From NCBI GenBank assembly GCA_030167145.1, contig CP126532.1, positions 840,001 through 872,000 on the forward strand: 32,000 bases of DNA, written 5' to 3'. The notes beneath the pieces are model-generated. The model searched no databases. It was not told the origin of the DNA and worked only from the letters and a program-made list of their open reading frames with translations. This stretch comes from Ktedonobacterales bacterium (GTDB lineage: Bacteria; Chloroflexota; Ktedonobacteria; Ktedonobacterales; JADMIN01). A program made the translations under genes and the position numbers. Positions 1-8,615 of the stretch are shown here, piece by piece; the stretch's first letter is position 1; each line of letters opens with the position of its first letter.

Positions 1-1035
1 GAGCCGTTCGACTCGCCTGATAACTACCACAGTGTCGCGGCCCGGCTAGCGCGTGAGCTTCCAGGCGCGTTCGGCCCCGATCAATATGCGAATCCCGCCA
101 ATCCGCTGGCGCATTATCGCTCGACCGGCCCCGAAATCTGGGAGGACACCGAGGGCAAAGTCTCGGCGTTTGTCGCGGGCGTGGGTACGACGGGCACGAT
201 CATCGGCACCGCGCGGTACTTGAAAGAGCAGAATCCGAATATCAAGGTGATTGGCGCGGACCCGGCTGGCTCGATCTTTTCGCACGATACGCCGCGCCCC
301 TACAAGGTGGAGGGCATCGGTACCGATCATCTGCCCGGCAACTGGGACCCTTCGGTGGTGGATGAGGTAATTCGGGTGGATGACCGCACATCGTTCGCGC
401 TTGCCCGGCGGTTGACACGCGAAGAAGGCATCTTCGTTGGGGGGTCGGCTGGCACGGCGCTTGCCGCTGGATTGGAATATGCGCAGCGGCTGGGGCCGGA
501 TGATGTGGTGGTGGTGCTGCTGCCGGATGGTGGCCGCGGGTACCTCTCGAAGCTCTACGATGAAAACTGGATGCGTGAGAATGGCTTTTACGAGGCGCCA
601 TCGCAGCCCACATTGGCCGATCTGCTGGCATTTCGGCGGCAAACACTGCCTGAAGTGCCGCTGGTGGTGGGAGTCGCGGGTGATGAGCCGGTGGCCTCGG
701 CGATTGAGCAGTTGCACCGCTATGGCATCTCACAGCTTCCGGTGCTAGAGCAGGGCAAGATTACCGGATCGCTAACCGAAACGCAGCTTTTGCAGCATTT
801 TGCGGCGGGCGAGCGGCTGAATGGGCAGCGCGCGCGCGATTGGCAGGGACCGCCTCTTGCCTCGCTGCCGGAAACGGCGACGCTGCGCGAAGCATACACG
901 GTGCTGGTAGGCGGACAGAGCGCGGTGGCGATCATGTCTGCTGAGGGTGTGGCGGGCGTTGTCTCCAAGAGCGATTTGATGGAGTACTGGGCGCATGCCG
1001 CCCAGACGGCGAGCGCACCAGCCGAAGCGAAATAA
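1..1035 (+). CDS. PLP-dependent cysteine synthase / cystathionine beta-synthase family enzyme with C-terminal CBS-domain pair (5' end outside window)
   Basis: Frame 1 is open from base 1 (EPFDSPDNYHSVAARLARELPGAFGPDQYANPANPLAHYRSTGPEIWEDTEGKVSAFVAGVGTTGTIIG...), typical of fold-type II PLP CysK/CBS enzymes. Two CBS/Bateman repeats follow (HRYGISQLPVLEQGKITGSLTE; AVAIMSAEGVAGVVSKSDL). Stop at 1033-1035. Confidence 0.85.
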   Translation, partial: EPFDSPDNYHSVAARLARELPGAFGPDQYANPANPLAHYRSTGPEIWEDTEGKVSAFVAGVGTTGTIIGTARYLKEQNPNIKVIGADPAGSIFSHDTPRPYKVEGIGTDHLPGNWDPSVVDEVIRVDDRTSFALARRLTREEGIFVGGSAGTALAAGLEYAQRLGPDDVVVVLLPDGGRGYLSKLYDENWMRENGFYEAPSQPTLADLLAFRRQTLPEVPLVVGVAGDEPVASAIEQLHRYGISQLPVLEQGKITGSLTETQLLQHFAAGERLNGQRARDWQGPPLASLPETATLREAYTVLVGGQSAVAIMSAEGVAGVVSKSDLMEYWAHAAQTASAPAEAK

Positions 1036-1115
1036 ACGGCGTGTTGCCAGTGTGGCGAGCGTTTGCGCCCGATGAAGCGCGGTGATGCGCTCGCCAACGC
1101 AGCGAAGGAAAAGCT

Positions 1116-1640
1116 ATGACCACCTCTGATGCGCCGCGCTCGCGGATGCCACGAGCAGGGCAGCCGTTGCCGCACTTTGCGCTACCCAGCACGGCTGACA
1201 AGACGGTGCGGCTGTGGGACTATAAGCAACGGCAGCCAGTGTTGCTGGCGTTCATCCACACGAGCACATGCCCAGCGTGTCGCGCATGGCTGGCGCGATT
1301 GGCGCGCGAACGCGCACGGCTGGATGAGGCGCGGGCTGCGGTGCTGGTGATCGCTCCCGATGCGCTGGATGAACTGCGGGCGCTCCAGGTCGCGCTCGAT
1401 CTGCCATTCACGCTGCTCGCCGATTCCGATGGCATGGCGGCGCGAGCCTATGTGCGCGGCGCGGAGGATTCCGGCGCGGTTGCGCTCTATGCAGGTGATC
1501 GCTATGGTCTGTGTGTGGCGGGATGGCACGCGCCCGATGCCGATGGGCTGCCGCCACTGGACGCGCCGCTGGCGGATTTCGCGCTGGCTGAGCAAGATGA
1601 CTGCGCCTGCACGATACCGGCGTGGGACGAAGAGGAGTAG
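1116..1640 (+). CDS. thioredoxin-fold redoxin (AhpC/TSA-like) with CPAC active-site motif
   Basis: 174-aa ORF with SD-like GAAGGAAAAGCT before the ATG. The segment GQPLPHFALPS..KTVRLWDYKQRQPVLLAFIHTSTCPACRAWL matches the redoxin N-terminal beta-alpha unit with CxxC. An extra C-x-C lies near the acidic C-terminus. Confidence 0.7.
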   Translation: MTTSDAPRSRMPRAGQPLPHFALPSTADKTVRLWDYKQRQPVLLAFIHTSTCPACRAWLARLARERARLDEARAAVLVIAPDALDELRALQVALDLPFTLLADSDGMAARAYVRGAEDSGAVALYAGDRYGLCVAGWHAPDADGLPPLDAPLADFALAEQDDCACTIPAWDEEE

Positions 1641-1649
1641 GCAACAATC

Positions 1650-3107
1650 GTGCAATCCTCCAGGGTTTCTAATCCGCATCGCGAGAAGGTGATGGTGGCG
1701 CTAGCTTCGGTTGGGGCCGCAGTCGGCCTTACCGCGCTCAAGCTGCTGGTGGGCATCTTGACGGGGAGCCTGGGCATCCTCGCGGAGGCCGCCCATTCTG
1801 GCCTTGATCTGGTCGCGGCGCTGATGACGCTCTTCGCGGTGCGGGTGGCCGACCGGCCCGCCGATGCCACACACCCCTACGGCCACGACAAAGTGGAGAA
1901 TCTTTCGGCATTCTTCGAGTCGGGATTGCTGCTCATCACTGCGGTCTGGATTATCTACGAGGCGATCCGCAGGCTTGTGTTTCACGAGGGCCATATAGAT
2001 GTCACGTTCTGGGCGTTCGCGGTGATGTTCTTTTCCATCGCCGTGGATGTGACACGCTCGCGGGCGTTGCTGCGTGTGGCGCGCAAACTTGGCAGCCAGG
2101 CGCTGGAAGCCGATGCGCTGCACTTCAGCACCGATATCTGGAGTTCCGCCGTGGTGATCTTTGGCCTGGCGGTGGTGTTTCTGGCGCAGCGTTTCAACCT
2201 GCCGAGCTGGCTCCAACAGGCCGATGCGGTTGCCGCGCTAGGCGTGTCGCTGATCGTGATAAAGGTGAGCATACAGCTTGCGCGCGAAACGATTGACGCG
2301 CTGCTCGACCGCGCGCCAGATACGACACTTGAGCAGATCGAAGCCGCTGTGGCTGCCGTCGCGGGTGTGCTGGATGTGCGGCGGGTGCGCGTACGACGGG
2401 CAGGCAACAAGATCTTTGCTGACGTAGTGGTCGAAGCGCCGCGCACCTACACGTTTGAGCAGACGCACGCGCAGACTGAGCAAATCGAAGCCGCAGCCTG
2501 CGATGCGGTGCATCGGAGCTACCCGCAGCATGAGGTAGACGTGGTGGTGCATATCGAGCCAATCGTTTCGCCACATGAGACGGTGATCGAGCAAATTCAC
2601 TATCTCGCGCAACAGCAGGGTGTGCACGCCCACGATATACGTGTGCGGGAGGTGGCGGGACATCTCGAAACGGACTTCGATGTCGAGGTGCGCGCCGATA
2701 TGAATTTGCGCGAGGCGCACGCCGCCGCCACACGGCTGGAAGAAGCGGTGCTGGCTGGCAACGCGCGTGTTTCCCGTGTGACAACTCACCTGGAGGCGCC
2801 GGTGGAAGCGATTGTGCGGCGGCAAGATGTGACAGATGCGCATCCAGCACAAGTAGAGCGGATTCGGGCGCTCGCCGATGAGATTGCGGGGGCAGGGAGT
2901 GCCCATGACGTGCGGCTCTATCGCCCTGGTAGCGCCCCGGAACGTGACGAGCGGGAACCGCTCGATCTGGTGCTGCACCTGACCTTCCCGCCTGAAGTGC
3001 CCATCGGACAGGTTCATGTGTGGGCTGAGGAAATCGAACGCACGCTGCGCCTGGCGTACCCCACGCTCGAATCGGTCGTGATTCATACGGAGCCAGTGGG
3101 CGCGTAG
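1650..3107 (+). CDS. cation diffusion facilitator (CDF) family metal efflux transporter, unusually long C-terminus
   Basis: GTG start 12 nt after GAGGAG. Six hydrophobic helices carry the CDF site-A motifs HSGLD (TM2) and HFSTD (TM5). C-terminal modules end in HIEP/HLEAP/HTEP. ATG 1692 is an alternative start. Confidence 0.9.
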   Translation: MQSSRVSNPHREKVMVALASVGAAVGLTALKLLVGILTGSLGILAEAAHSGLDLVAALMTLFAVRVADRPADATHPYGHDKVENLSAFFESGLLLITAVWIIYEAIRRLVFHEGHIDVTFWAFAVMFFSIAVDVTRSRALLRVARKLGSQALEADALHFSTDIWSSAVVIFGLAVVFLAQRFNLPSWLQQADAVAALGVSLIVIKVSIQLARETIDALLDRAPDTTLEQIEAAVAAVAGVLDVRRVRVRRAGNKIFADVVVEAPRTYTFEQTHAQTEQIEAAACDAVHRSYPQHEVDVVVHIEPIVSPHETVIEQIHYLAQQQGVHAHDIRVREVAGHLETDFDVEVRADMNLREAHAAATRLEEAVLAGNARVSRVTTHLEAPVEAIVRRQDVTDAHPAQVERIRALADEIAGAGSAHDVRLYRPGSAPERDEREPLDLVLHLTFPPEVPIGQVHVWAEEIERTLRLAYPTLESVVIHTEPVGA

Positions 3108-3425
3108 CTAGATGACATTCGTTACTGCCACTATCATCACTCGGACGGTGCTTTGCGCTCGATCATGCTCGCGCTGCTCCTCGTTCACAAGCGCGCGACG
3201 GGCTGTCCACACCAGCGCGTATGCGATAGGTACTGGGTAATCATACGGATGAGATACGTGTCACGAACTTCTTGTGTGAGATTTGCGTTGCTGATGACGT
3301 AGTACCAGGCAAGTCGGCTTATTATGCGCCGATGAGGTATTTGGCTGGCGTGCTGTGTCGCGCCAGTGGCAGCGCATCGTGTGACAGTTTAGCGAATCGG
3401 TCTAGTTTTCGGAGGAGCACCTGGA

Positions 3426-5084
3426 ATGCGAAGCAAGTTCAAGCTTTGGTCATTCGCGGCGGCCCTACTCCTGGTTGCGGGCATGATGCTGACGGCGTGC
3501 GGTCCTACCGCCACGACCAGCACCAGCGGCCCCACGAAGGGTGGCCACATTACTGACGGGCTTTTCGAAGAGCCTGACAGCCTGTTGCCTCAGCAATCTA
3601 TTGAGACGTATGCCGACCTGGTAGATGCAACCATCTGGGCGCCACTGTTCTACGGCGACAACACGGGTATCATCCAGGCTGGTCTGGCCAAAGAGGTTCC
3701 ATCTGCCACGAATGGCGGGATCTCGGCGGACGCCAAGACCTACACCATTCATCTGCGCCCGAACCTGAAGTGGTCGGACGGCTCCCCGTTGACCTCTGAT
3801 GACGTGGCGTTCACGCTGAATCTGATGAAGAATCCAGCGTATGGCGCAAAGACGACTGCCTCTGAGTTCGCCAAGATTGCCACTGTGACGGCGTCTGACC
3901 CCTCGACGGTGGTCATCACGTTGAGCACACCCGATGTCGCGTTCCTGGCGCTGGCGTTGACTGACCCGCTCGGCTTCGCGCCACTGCCCAAGAGCGTCTA
4001 CGGTTCGATGGATCCGGCCAGCATCGCCAAGTCGGACCAAAACTTCCAGCCAACGGTGGTCAGTGGCCCCTTCACCATCAAAGAGCGTGTGAAAGCTGAC
4101 CACATCACAGTGGTCCGCAACCCGAACTACTATCAAGCTGGCAAGCCGTACCTGGATCAGATCACCTTCCAGATCATCACCGACCAGAACACGATCCTGA
4201 CCCAGTTGCAGAGCCATGCGATTGACACGTCGTGGTTCCTGGATATCAACAAGCTCGATCAGTACAAGGCGATCCAGGGCTACAAGGTTGTGCTCGACAA
4301 GGCGCCCGGCTCGTTCGAAGCCATCTACTTCAACATGAAGAACCCCTTCCTGGCCGACTTGCAGGTCCGCAAGGCGATCACGATGGGTATCAACGTCCAG
4401 CCGATCATCCAGAATATCTGGAAGGGCATCGCCGTCCCAACCTGCGATGACTCCGTCGGTACGTTCGCCCATGAGCCGAGCCTGATCCCGTGCTACACAT
4501 TCAACGCGGCCGGCGCCAAGCAGTTGCTTGAGAGCGACGGTTTCACGATGGGCAGCGATGGCTACTACACCAAGGGTGGCAAGACGCTCGAACTGCGCTA
4601 CTCCACCACGGCTGGCAAGGCCTATCGTGAGCAGACCGAGACCATCGTGCAAGATCAACTGAAGCAGATCGGCATCAAGATTGACATCGTCAATCACCCC
4701 GCCGACTACTACTTCGGCACACAGCTTTACGACTACAGCGCGTATGACATCGCCGAGTTTGCTAACTCGCTGGGCTACGACCCGGACAACCACACCCAGT
4801 GGGCCTGCAACCAGTTCACGACGGCGGGTGGCTTCAACATCAGCGCCTACTGCAACCCGACCGTTGATGCCGCTATCAACACCGAGCTGACCAACCCGGA
4901 CATCAATGCCCGCAAGGCAGCCTTCCACACGATTCACACGCAGATCCTGCAGGATATCCCGGTGATGTACTACTACTCCGCCCCGGATATTTCCTGCGCG
5001 AACGCCAAGCTGCAGAACTACTCCCCCTCGCCTGCCGGTCCGTCTGAGACCTGGAACGTATGGGATTGGTATCTGAGCAAGTAA
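3426..5084 (+). CDS. ABC transporter substrate-binding lipoprotein, family 5 (peptide/nickel, DppA/OppA-like)
   Basis: GGAGGAGCACCTGGA precedes the ATG. Signal peptide with lipobox L-T-A-C (MRSKFKLWSFAAALLLVAGMMLTACG). The body has typical SBP_bac_5 features (YTIHLRPNLKWSDGSPLTSDDVAFT, VVRNPNYYQAGKPYLDQITFQII). Confidence 0.9.
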   Translation: MRSKFKLWSFAAALLLVAGMMLTACGPTATTSTSGPTKGGHITDGLFEEPDSLLPQQSIETYADLVDATIWAPLFYGDNTGIIQAGLAKEVPSATNGGISADAKTYTIHLRPNLKWSDGSPLTSDDVAFTLNLMKNPAYGAKTTASEFAKIATVTASDPSTVVITLSTPDVAFLALALTDPLGFAPLPKSVYGSMDPASIAKSDQNFQPTVVSGPFTIKERVKADHITVVRNPNYYQAGKPYLDQITFQIITDQNTILTQLQSHAIDTSWFLDINKLDQYKAIQGYKVVLDKAPGSFEAIYFNMKNPFLADLQVRKAITMGINVQPIIQNIWKGIAVPTCDDSVGTFAHEPSLIPCYTFNAAGAKQLLESDGFTMGSDGYYTKGGKTLELRYSTTAGKAYREQTETIVQDQLKQIGIKIDIVNHPADYYFGTQLYDYSAYDIAEFANSLGYDPDNHTQWACNQFTTAGGFNISAYCNPTVDAAINTELTNPDINARKAAFHTIHTQILQDIPVMYYYSAPDISCANAKLQNYSPSPAGPSETWNVWDWYLSK

Positions 5085-5141
5085 GCCCATCCCGGTGGCA
5101 GCGTTTCACGCTCACGTGACATGTTGCTTCCACATTCGATG

Positions 5142-5166
5142 CGGCGGCTCCCCCTCGGAGCCGCCG
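5142..5166 (+). other. GC-rich stem-loop just downstream of the binding-protein gene (10-bp stem CGGCGGCTCC / GGAGCCGCCG, 5-nt loop), no T-tract
   Basis: Perfect inverted repeat read directly from the sequence, 58 nt after the stop codon of the SBP gene. Confidence 0.5.
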
Positions 5167-5361
5167 TGTCATCTATCCAAGAGGTCCGCAGGGGTCCATT
5201 TGCAACGGGCGCCGATTTTATCCACAACGCACCCACTGCGATGTCGTGCATGGCCTATTTTCAGACGGGTTTCCCCAGTTCTTGCCTGAACTGTGCTGAT
5301 GTCTACCCCATCCTCAAGGAGTATTCGATGTAGATGATTTGCCCGCACGTTAGGAAATTTC

Positions 5362-5390
5362 TTGCTTGATTCGCCGTGATGAGCTAAAAT
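5362..5390 (+). promoter_or_regulatory. sigma-70-like promoter candidate (TTGCTT-N17-TAAAAT) inside the SBP-permease spacer
   Basis: Hexamers and 17-nt spacer read directly. Lies about 145 nt upstream of the permease start in an AT-richer stretch. Confidence 0.35.
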
Positions 5391-5534
5391 GACCCCAACA
5401 CGGCCTCTCTTCGCCATAGTCGGAACATGCGAGTTTTCACACACGACCTGGCCTTTCGATTGCTGGTACGTTGTTGATCAGCAGGTGCGCACGAGCCGTT
5501 CACCTGCCCACAGGACCGGGAGGAGACGCCCCGC

Positions 5535-6500
5535 ATGAGACGCTACGTGATTCGCAGGCTGATTCAGGCAGTAGTGATGCTCTTTGTCATGTCTATCGGC
5601 CTCTTCCTGCTCATCCATGCCATGCCAGGCGGCCCCGATGCGGTGTTATTCAGTCCGCGCATGACCGCCGCAACCCGCGCCAATTTGCGCCACCAGTATG
5701 GCCTGGACCAACCACTCATCCAACAATATCTCTCCTGGCTCAAAAGTGTCTTGACGGGCAACTTGGGCTTCTCTTTCGCCTCGGGGCAACCAGTTGCCGC
5801 TGAAATCGGCGCGCGCATTCCGGCAACGCTGGAGTTGTTCGCGGTGTCGCTCTCGTTCGCGCTGGTCGTGGCGATTCTGCTGGGCGTCATCTCGGCTGTG
5901 CGCCAGTATTCGCTGACCGACTACTCGGTCACGGTGCTTTCGTATTTTGGCATTGCGATGCCGGTCTTCTTCTTCGCGCTCATCATGCAAGAGATCTTTG
6001 GCGTCAAACTCGGCTGGCTGCCCACCTGTTGCCGAACGTCGGCTGACACGACGGGCTTCACGGCCTTCGAGAACTTTCAAGACGCAGTGATACACCTCAT
6101 CATGCCCGCTGTTGTGCTCTCGTTCCTCTTCATCGCTGGCTGGAGTCGCTATCTGCGTTCCAGCATGCTCGATGTGGTGAAGCAGGATTATATTCGCACC
6201 GCCAAGGCCAAGGGGCTGGCGTCGCGCTCGGTGTTCTTCGGCCACGCGCTGCGCAACGCCTTGATCCCGCTGCTGACGCAGGTCGCCATTGATGTTGGCG
6301 CGGTCTTCGGCGGCGCAGTCATCACCGAGACCATCTTCGCATGGCCGGGGCTGGGCAAGCTCTTCTATAACTCACTCCAAGCGCGCGACTACCCAGTTCT
6401 CCTTTCGATGCTGCTATTAGGCGCGGCATCGGTCATCGTGTTCAACTTGCTCGCGGACGTGCTGTACGCCGTGATTGATCCACGTATCCGTTACTCATAG
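5535..6500 (+). CDS. ABC transporter permease (DppB/OppB-like)
   Basis: GGGAGGAG SD. N-terminus MRRYVIRRLIQAVVMLFVMSIGLFLLIH is the classic DppB/OppB start. EAA-type loop DYIRTAKAKGLASRSVFFGHALRNALIP. Confidence 0.92.
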   Translation: MRRYVIRRLIQAVVMLFVMSIGLFLLIHAMPGGPDAVLFSPRMTAATRANLRHQYGLDQPLIQQYLSWLKSVLTGNLGFSFASGQPVAAEIGARIPATLELFAVSLSFALVVAILLGVISAVRQYSLTDYSVTVLSYFGIAMPVFFFALIMQEIFGVKLGWLPTCCRTSADTTGFTAFENFQDAVIHLIMPAVVLSFLFIAGWSRYLRSSMLDVVKQDYIRTAKAKGLASRSVFFGHALRNALIPLLTQVAIDVGAVFGGAVITETIFAWPGLGKLFYNSLQARDYPVLLSMLLLGAASVIVFNLLADVLYAVIDPRIRYS

Positions 6501-6538
6501 TCGGCACGCTGCTCTGGCTTCCCGAAGGAGAATCTGCT

Positions 6539-7489
6539 ATGTCAACGATACAGAGCGAGCAATCCCCACAGGCGGGGATCGGTGTTGAGCTAACGCCGGA
6601 ACTTCTGCGCAAGCGTCGGGGCCAACTCCGCATTATTTTCGACCGTTTCATCCGCAATAAGGTGGCAGTAGCTGGATTGGCGGTGTTGGCGCTCATCACA
6701 CTGGCGGCGATCTTCGCGCCGGTCATCACCCACCAAACGGCGACCTTTGACCCGAACACCGCGACCGATGTGTATCACATCGCATCGGGGCCAATTCCAG
6801 GGCATCCACTGGGCACCGATTACGTAGGGCGAGATGAGGTGGCGCGCCTGCTTTTTGGGGCGCGGGTTTCGCTCCTCGTGGGCCTCGCCTCTATGGTGGC
6901 CTCGATCTTCATTGGGGTGAGCGTAGGCGCGCTGGCCGGCTACTATGGCGGCTGGCTCGATAACTTGATGATGCGGGTCACCGATGCGTTCCTGGCGATT
7001 CCGCTGTACCTGATCCTCTTTGTGCTGGCCGCCACCTTCACGACTGGCAGCGGCAGTGCGAGCGTGATCGGCGTCATCGTCTTGATCGCGGCGTTTTCGT
7101 GGCCAGCAACCGCCCGTATTGTACGCGGTGAGTTCCTGGGGCTGAAAGAGCGTGAGTTCTTGCTGGCGGCGCGCACGCTCGGCGCGAATGACTTTCGGCT
7201 GATGCTGCGGCACATCCTACCCAACGCGGCTGGCCCGGTGATTGTCGCCGCAACACTGCTCGTCGGTTTCAACATCATCACTGAATCTACCCTCAGCTTC
7301 TTCAATTTCGGCGTTCAACCGCCTGAATCCAGTTGGGGCACGATGCTGGCCACATCGCAAGACTATTTCTCCGAGCAGCCGTTGCTGGTTCTGATTCCGG
7401 GGGTAGCGATTCTCATCACCGTGCTGAGCATCAATCTGGTGGGCGACGGCCTGCGTGATGCCCTCGACCCGTACATGACCGAACGATAA
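6539..7489 (+). CDS. ABC transporter permease (DppC/OppC-like)
   Basis: GAAGGAG SD. HPLGTDYVGRDEVARLLFGARVSL and EFLLAARTLGANDFRLMLRHILPN are typical DppC/OppC motifs. Confidence 0.92.
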   Translation: MSTIQSEQSPQAGIGVELTPELLRKRRGQLRIIFDRFIRNKVAVAGLAVLALITLAAIFAPVITHQTATFDPNTATDVYHIASGPIPGHPLGTDYVGRDEVARLLFGARVSLLVGLASMVASIFIGVSVGALAGYYGGWLDNLMMRVTDAFLAIPLYLILFVLAATFTTGSGSASVIGVIVLIAAFSWPATARIVRGEFLGLKEREFLLAARTLGANDFRLMLRHILPNAAGPVIVAATLLVGFNIITESTLSFFNFGVQPPESSWGTMLATSQDYFSEQPLLVLIPGVAILITVLSINLVGDGLRDALDPYMTER

Positions 7490-7531
7490 TTCCGGCCCGC
7501 GCGGCCGTTAGAGAAGTAAGGGGAAACCCCA

Positions 7532-8584
7532 TTGGCCAAAATGCTTGAGGTCAAGGATCTCAAAGTATACTTCCGCACGCGCGAGGGCAACGTCCACGCC
7601 GTGGATGGCGTTAGCTTCCATGTGGATGAAGGCGAATCGCTCGGCATTGTGGGTGAGAGCGGCTCTGGAAAGAGCGTGACTTCGCTCTCGATCATGCGAC
7701 TGCTACAGATACCACCCGCCCAAATCATGGACGGATCTTCGATTGTATTCCAAGATGCAGAGTTGGTGGACATGGAAGAGTCGGAGATGCGCAAGATTCG
7801 CGGACGCCAGATTGCGATGATCTTTCAGGATCCGATGACAAGCCTGAATCCGGTATTGACCGTCGAACGCCAGCTCATCGAACCGCTTCAGCTTCACCTG
7901 GGTCTCAGCAGAGGTGAAGCGCATAATCGCGCGCGCGAGTTGCTCGAAGCGGTGGGTATCCCCGACGCCGAGCGGCGCTTGCGGTCGTATCCGCACCAGT
8001 TCAGTGGCGGCATGCGGCAGCGCGTGATGATCGCTATCGCCATCGCCGCTAATCCCAAGTTGCTTATCGCCGACGAGCCAACGACCGCACTGGACGTGAC
8101 GGTGCAGGCGCAGATTCTGGAACTTATCAACCGCCTGCGCCGCGACCTCGGCACGTCGGTGATGCTGATTACCCACGACCTGGGCGTGGTCGCGGGGATG
8201 ACCGACCGCATCATCGTCATGTATGCGGGCAAGATCGCTGAGACGGCGTCAACCGATGAACTCTTCGCCAATCCGCGCCATCCATACACGCTCGGACTAC
8301 TCAGCGCGGTACCCCGGCTGGACGAGGAACGGCCCACGGAACTCCAAACGATTCCAGGCTCACCACCAGATCAACTTCATCCCATCGAGGGCTGCCCCTT
8401 CCAGCCGCGCTGCCCGTTCGTGTTGCCACAGTGCAAGCAGTATCCACCCGCACGCAAGATTGCTGGCAATCATGTGGCGTATTGCTGGGTTGACGTGACC
8501 GATCCTGAAGAACAGAAGCGCGCCATGCAGCGCGGCTTCATCCCGCTGACCGAGATTGGCCGGAGTTATCTGGCCCAGAGCTAG
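7532..8584 (+). CDS. ABC transporter ATP-binding protein (DppD/OppD-like)
   Basis: Walker A GESGSGKS, signature FSGGMRQR, Walker B LLIADEPTTALD, and an oligopeptide C-terminal domain with a Cys cluster (CPFQPRCPFVLPQC). Start is TTG 7532 or ATG 7541. Confidence 0.93.
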   Translation: MAKMLEVKDLKVYFRTREGNVHAVDGVSFHVDEGESLGIVGESGSGKSVTSLSIMRLLQIPPAQIMDGSSIVFQDAELVDMEESEMRKIRGRQIAMIFQDPMTSLNPVLTVERQLIEPLQLHLGLSRGEAHNRARELLEAVGIPDAERRLRSYPHQFSGGMRQRVMIAIAIAANPKLLIADEPTTALDVTVQAQILELINRLRRDLGTSVMLITHDLGVVAGMTDRIIVMYAGKIAETASTDELFANPRHPYTLGLLSAVPRLDEERPTELQTIPGSPPDQLHPIEGCPFQPRCPFVLPQCKQYPPARKIAGNHVAYCWVDVTDPEEQKRAMQRGFIPLTEIGRSYLAQS

Positions 8585-8615
8585 GCGTTCGCGTGGAAGT
8601 AGAGAGGCATGTGAC

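Noticed and set aside
46-717. Long alternative-frame or antisense ORFs over known genes. These include 46-717, 2238-3086, 5646-6245, 6590-7213, 8808-9617, 11850-12599, 18272-19968 (the plus-strand set), 21206-22019 and 27332-28249.
   Set aside because: Each overlaps an ORF with strong family motifs on the other strand or frame. Their products are Arg/Ala/Pro/Gly-rich, as expected from out-of-frame translation of GC-rich coding DNA.
3465-5090. 541-aa ORF antisense to the ABC substrate-binding protein gene
   Set aside because: This is a shadow ORF typical of high-G+C DNA. Its product is R/G/V/A-rich low complexity with no motif, while the plus-strand ORF has a lipoprotein signal and clear SBP family-5 features.
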